Made by a program: the position numbers and the translations under genes
Notes under the pieces: model-generated
Told to the model about the DNA's origin: nothing
The model's database searches: none
Seen by the model: the letters and a program-made list of their open reading frames with translations, nothing else
Part shown: one piece after another, positions 62,323 through 64,000 of the stretch
Position numbering within the stretch: position 1 is the first letter of the stretch
Layout: the number at the start of each line of letters is the position of its first letter
Assembly: GCA_003971905.1 (NCBI GenBank)
Contig: RSEE01000004.1
Span: 620,001 to 684,000, forward strand
Source of the DNA: Moniliella sp. 'wahieum'
Taxonomy: Eukaryota
Length of the DNA: 64,000 nt
Direction of reading: 5' to 3'

Positions 62323-64000
62323 ATGCAGGCGCTGCGCGACCTCGTCATCTTCGTCACCGGCGGCCTCACCTCCCCATCTGCCTCGCGTCGCCTGGCTCGT
62401 CCATGTCCTCCTCTCCCCTCTCCCGCCCGACCCGGCGGCCGAGTGGGCCGACGACCAAGACGCCCCGCCCGCGCCCGCCCCGCCCCTGCCCGTGCGCGAC
62501 GCCCAGCCAACGCGTGACCCCGACTGGTACCTCACCGCCCGCACGTCCTTGCGGACCTGGCACAGCACCGTCCGCCTCAGCGCGGCCAGCCCCACGTCGC
62601 TCGTGCGGGCTGGGTGCTGATCCGCCGCCAGTATATGGCGCCCGCCGTCAGCGAGTTGCGTCTCCAGCCCCATTCGTCTTCCCTCGCGCCTTCCCCTCCG
62701 CCTACGCCTGACCCCAGTCGTGTGAGCGTAGTGGGTGCCCCCTGGCACCGCGATGCGACGCTGGCTGTGCTGCGCGGGTCGATGCTATCTGTTTGCGCCT
62801 GCGCAGCAGGACGACTTGCCCGTCTCGGCGTACGTGACGCCCAAGCAAGCCCAAGCGCCGCTGGTGGACTCGCTGATACCCGTCGCCGCGTTGGACCTCC
62901 GGTTTGTGCTGATCGGCTTGCACACCGTGTACGGCGAGGCGCAAGATCCCAGCGAACATATTCGGGAGGGCGTTCTGTACAAACGCAAGAATGCTGTCCA
63001 GCTGCGCACGCACACGCAGGCGTTGGGAGTGTACACGGCCCCGCGCAAAGTGTCGGGTGCGGCTGCCGGCTCCTCGGCCTACGTTTGCTTCTCTCTTGGC
63101 GTCGTCGGGCGCCTCGTTGGATGGTACGGGTGCCGCACCAGGCGCGCCGTCCAAGGCGGTCAAAGCGTTTCTGTTTTGTCCCTCGGCGCCGGCGCTGGAA
63201 GATTGGTATACGGGGATTTATCTTGCGTCGCAGTTGCCCCTAGATGCACTCAGTGGCTTGCGTCTTCCCATCTCGCCGTCGGAGCTGGATGCGCAGATGG
63301 ACGCTGAGGATCCAGCCTGCGCTGCGCTCAACGTCTTGGTCGCCCGACTGTACCGCTCCATTGCACCTACTGCCGCCGCCGAGGCAGGCTTGATCGACAA
63401 GATGATGCGCAAGATCGCCCTGGCGCGCTTGCCTGCGATGCTGACGGACGTGCAGGTGCAGTCGGTCAACTTGGGCTCCTCGCCCCCGGCTGAGCAATTT
63501 GCGCATTGTTCCGCCCGAGGAGCGCCGGGTAGCGGAAGCACCGCTGTTTAAGGGGCTCAGCGCGTCGTCCGAAGCCGAAGATGCAGATGCAGCGTGCATC
63601 GAGATGGCGTTGGTGTTTGATGGCAATGTGCACATGAGCGCGTCGGCAAAGTTGGTCCTGTCCAATGGGTTTTCGTTTAGCTCCTTTTCGCTCGGCAAAC
63701 AGAAATCCGCGACGAACGGCGCTTCGTTGAGTACCGAGGAGGAACGGAAGGCCAATGAAAAGAAGGAGCAGGCCAAGAAGGGCAAAGACAAAAAGGGAGG
63801 CTACAAAGTCAACCTGATGATGGACATTGAGTTTACCCGGATTGCAGGGACGATGCGGTTGCTGGTCAAGCCGCCTCCGTCGGACCGGGTGTGTTTGCGT
63901 TGTCGAGCCGCCCGAATTGGGACTCAAAGTCACGCCGATTGTCAGCTCGCGCAGGTCGGGTGGCAGCCAGCGCTGGACCTCATCGACTCGAAAATCCGTG
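62323..64000 (+). CDS. SMP-domain membrane-contact-site protein, Nvj2-like (runs off the right edge; frameshifts)
   Basis: N-terminal hydrophobic segment, PH-like region (LYKRKNAVQL...FLFCPSAPALEDWY) and SMP-like region (LNVLVARLYRS...KMMRKIALARLPAMLTDVQVQSVNLGSSPP...IAGTMRLLVKPPPSDRV). Confidence 0.72.

Overview
GC-rich, intron-containing fungal genomic DNA. Histone, kinesin and intron signatures suggest a basidiomycete, probably Ustilaginomycotina (inference). About 20 genes are recognisable: Sog2-like LRR protein, DUF1279/FAM210-like, VTC1, RPL18, Tra2-like RRM, two Ser/Thr-rich single-pass membrane proteins, PMP3, SNX3, GH79, TLC-domain protein, malate synthase, histones H4/H3/H2A/H2B, kinesin-1, Msb1/DUF1708-like, Rac and an Nvj2-like SMP protein. 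There are two retroelements. One is a 5'-truncated non-LTR element with RT, zinc knuckle and restriction-like endonuclease (CRE/Cnl1/MoTeR-like, about 8.9-10.8 kb). The other is a full-length, very young Ty1/copia element (41225-46485, ACGCA target-site duplication) inserted in the middle of a four-core-histone cluster. Most conserved genes carry 1-2 bp deletions, most simply explained by unpolished long-read errors, so gene ends and frameshifts are uncertain. Most notable observations: a CGTTCACA motif shared by both divergent histone promoters; an H3 with Trp at position 78 next to K79; a copia primer-binding site resembling a tRNA anticodon arm; and many intergenic 7-bp repeats of the form palindrome+1.
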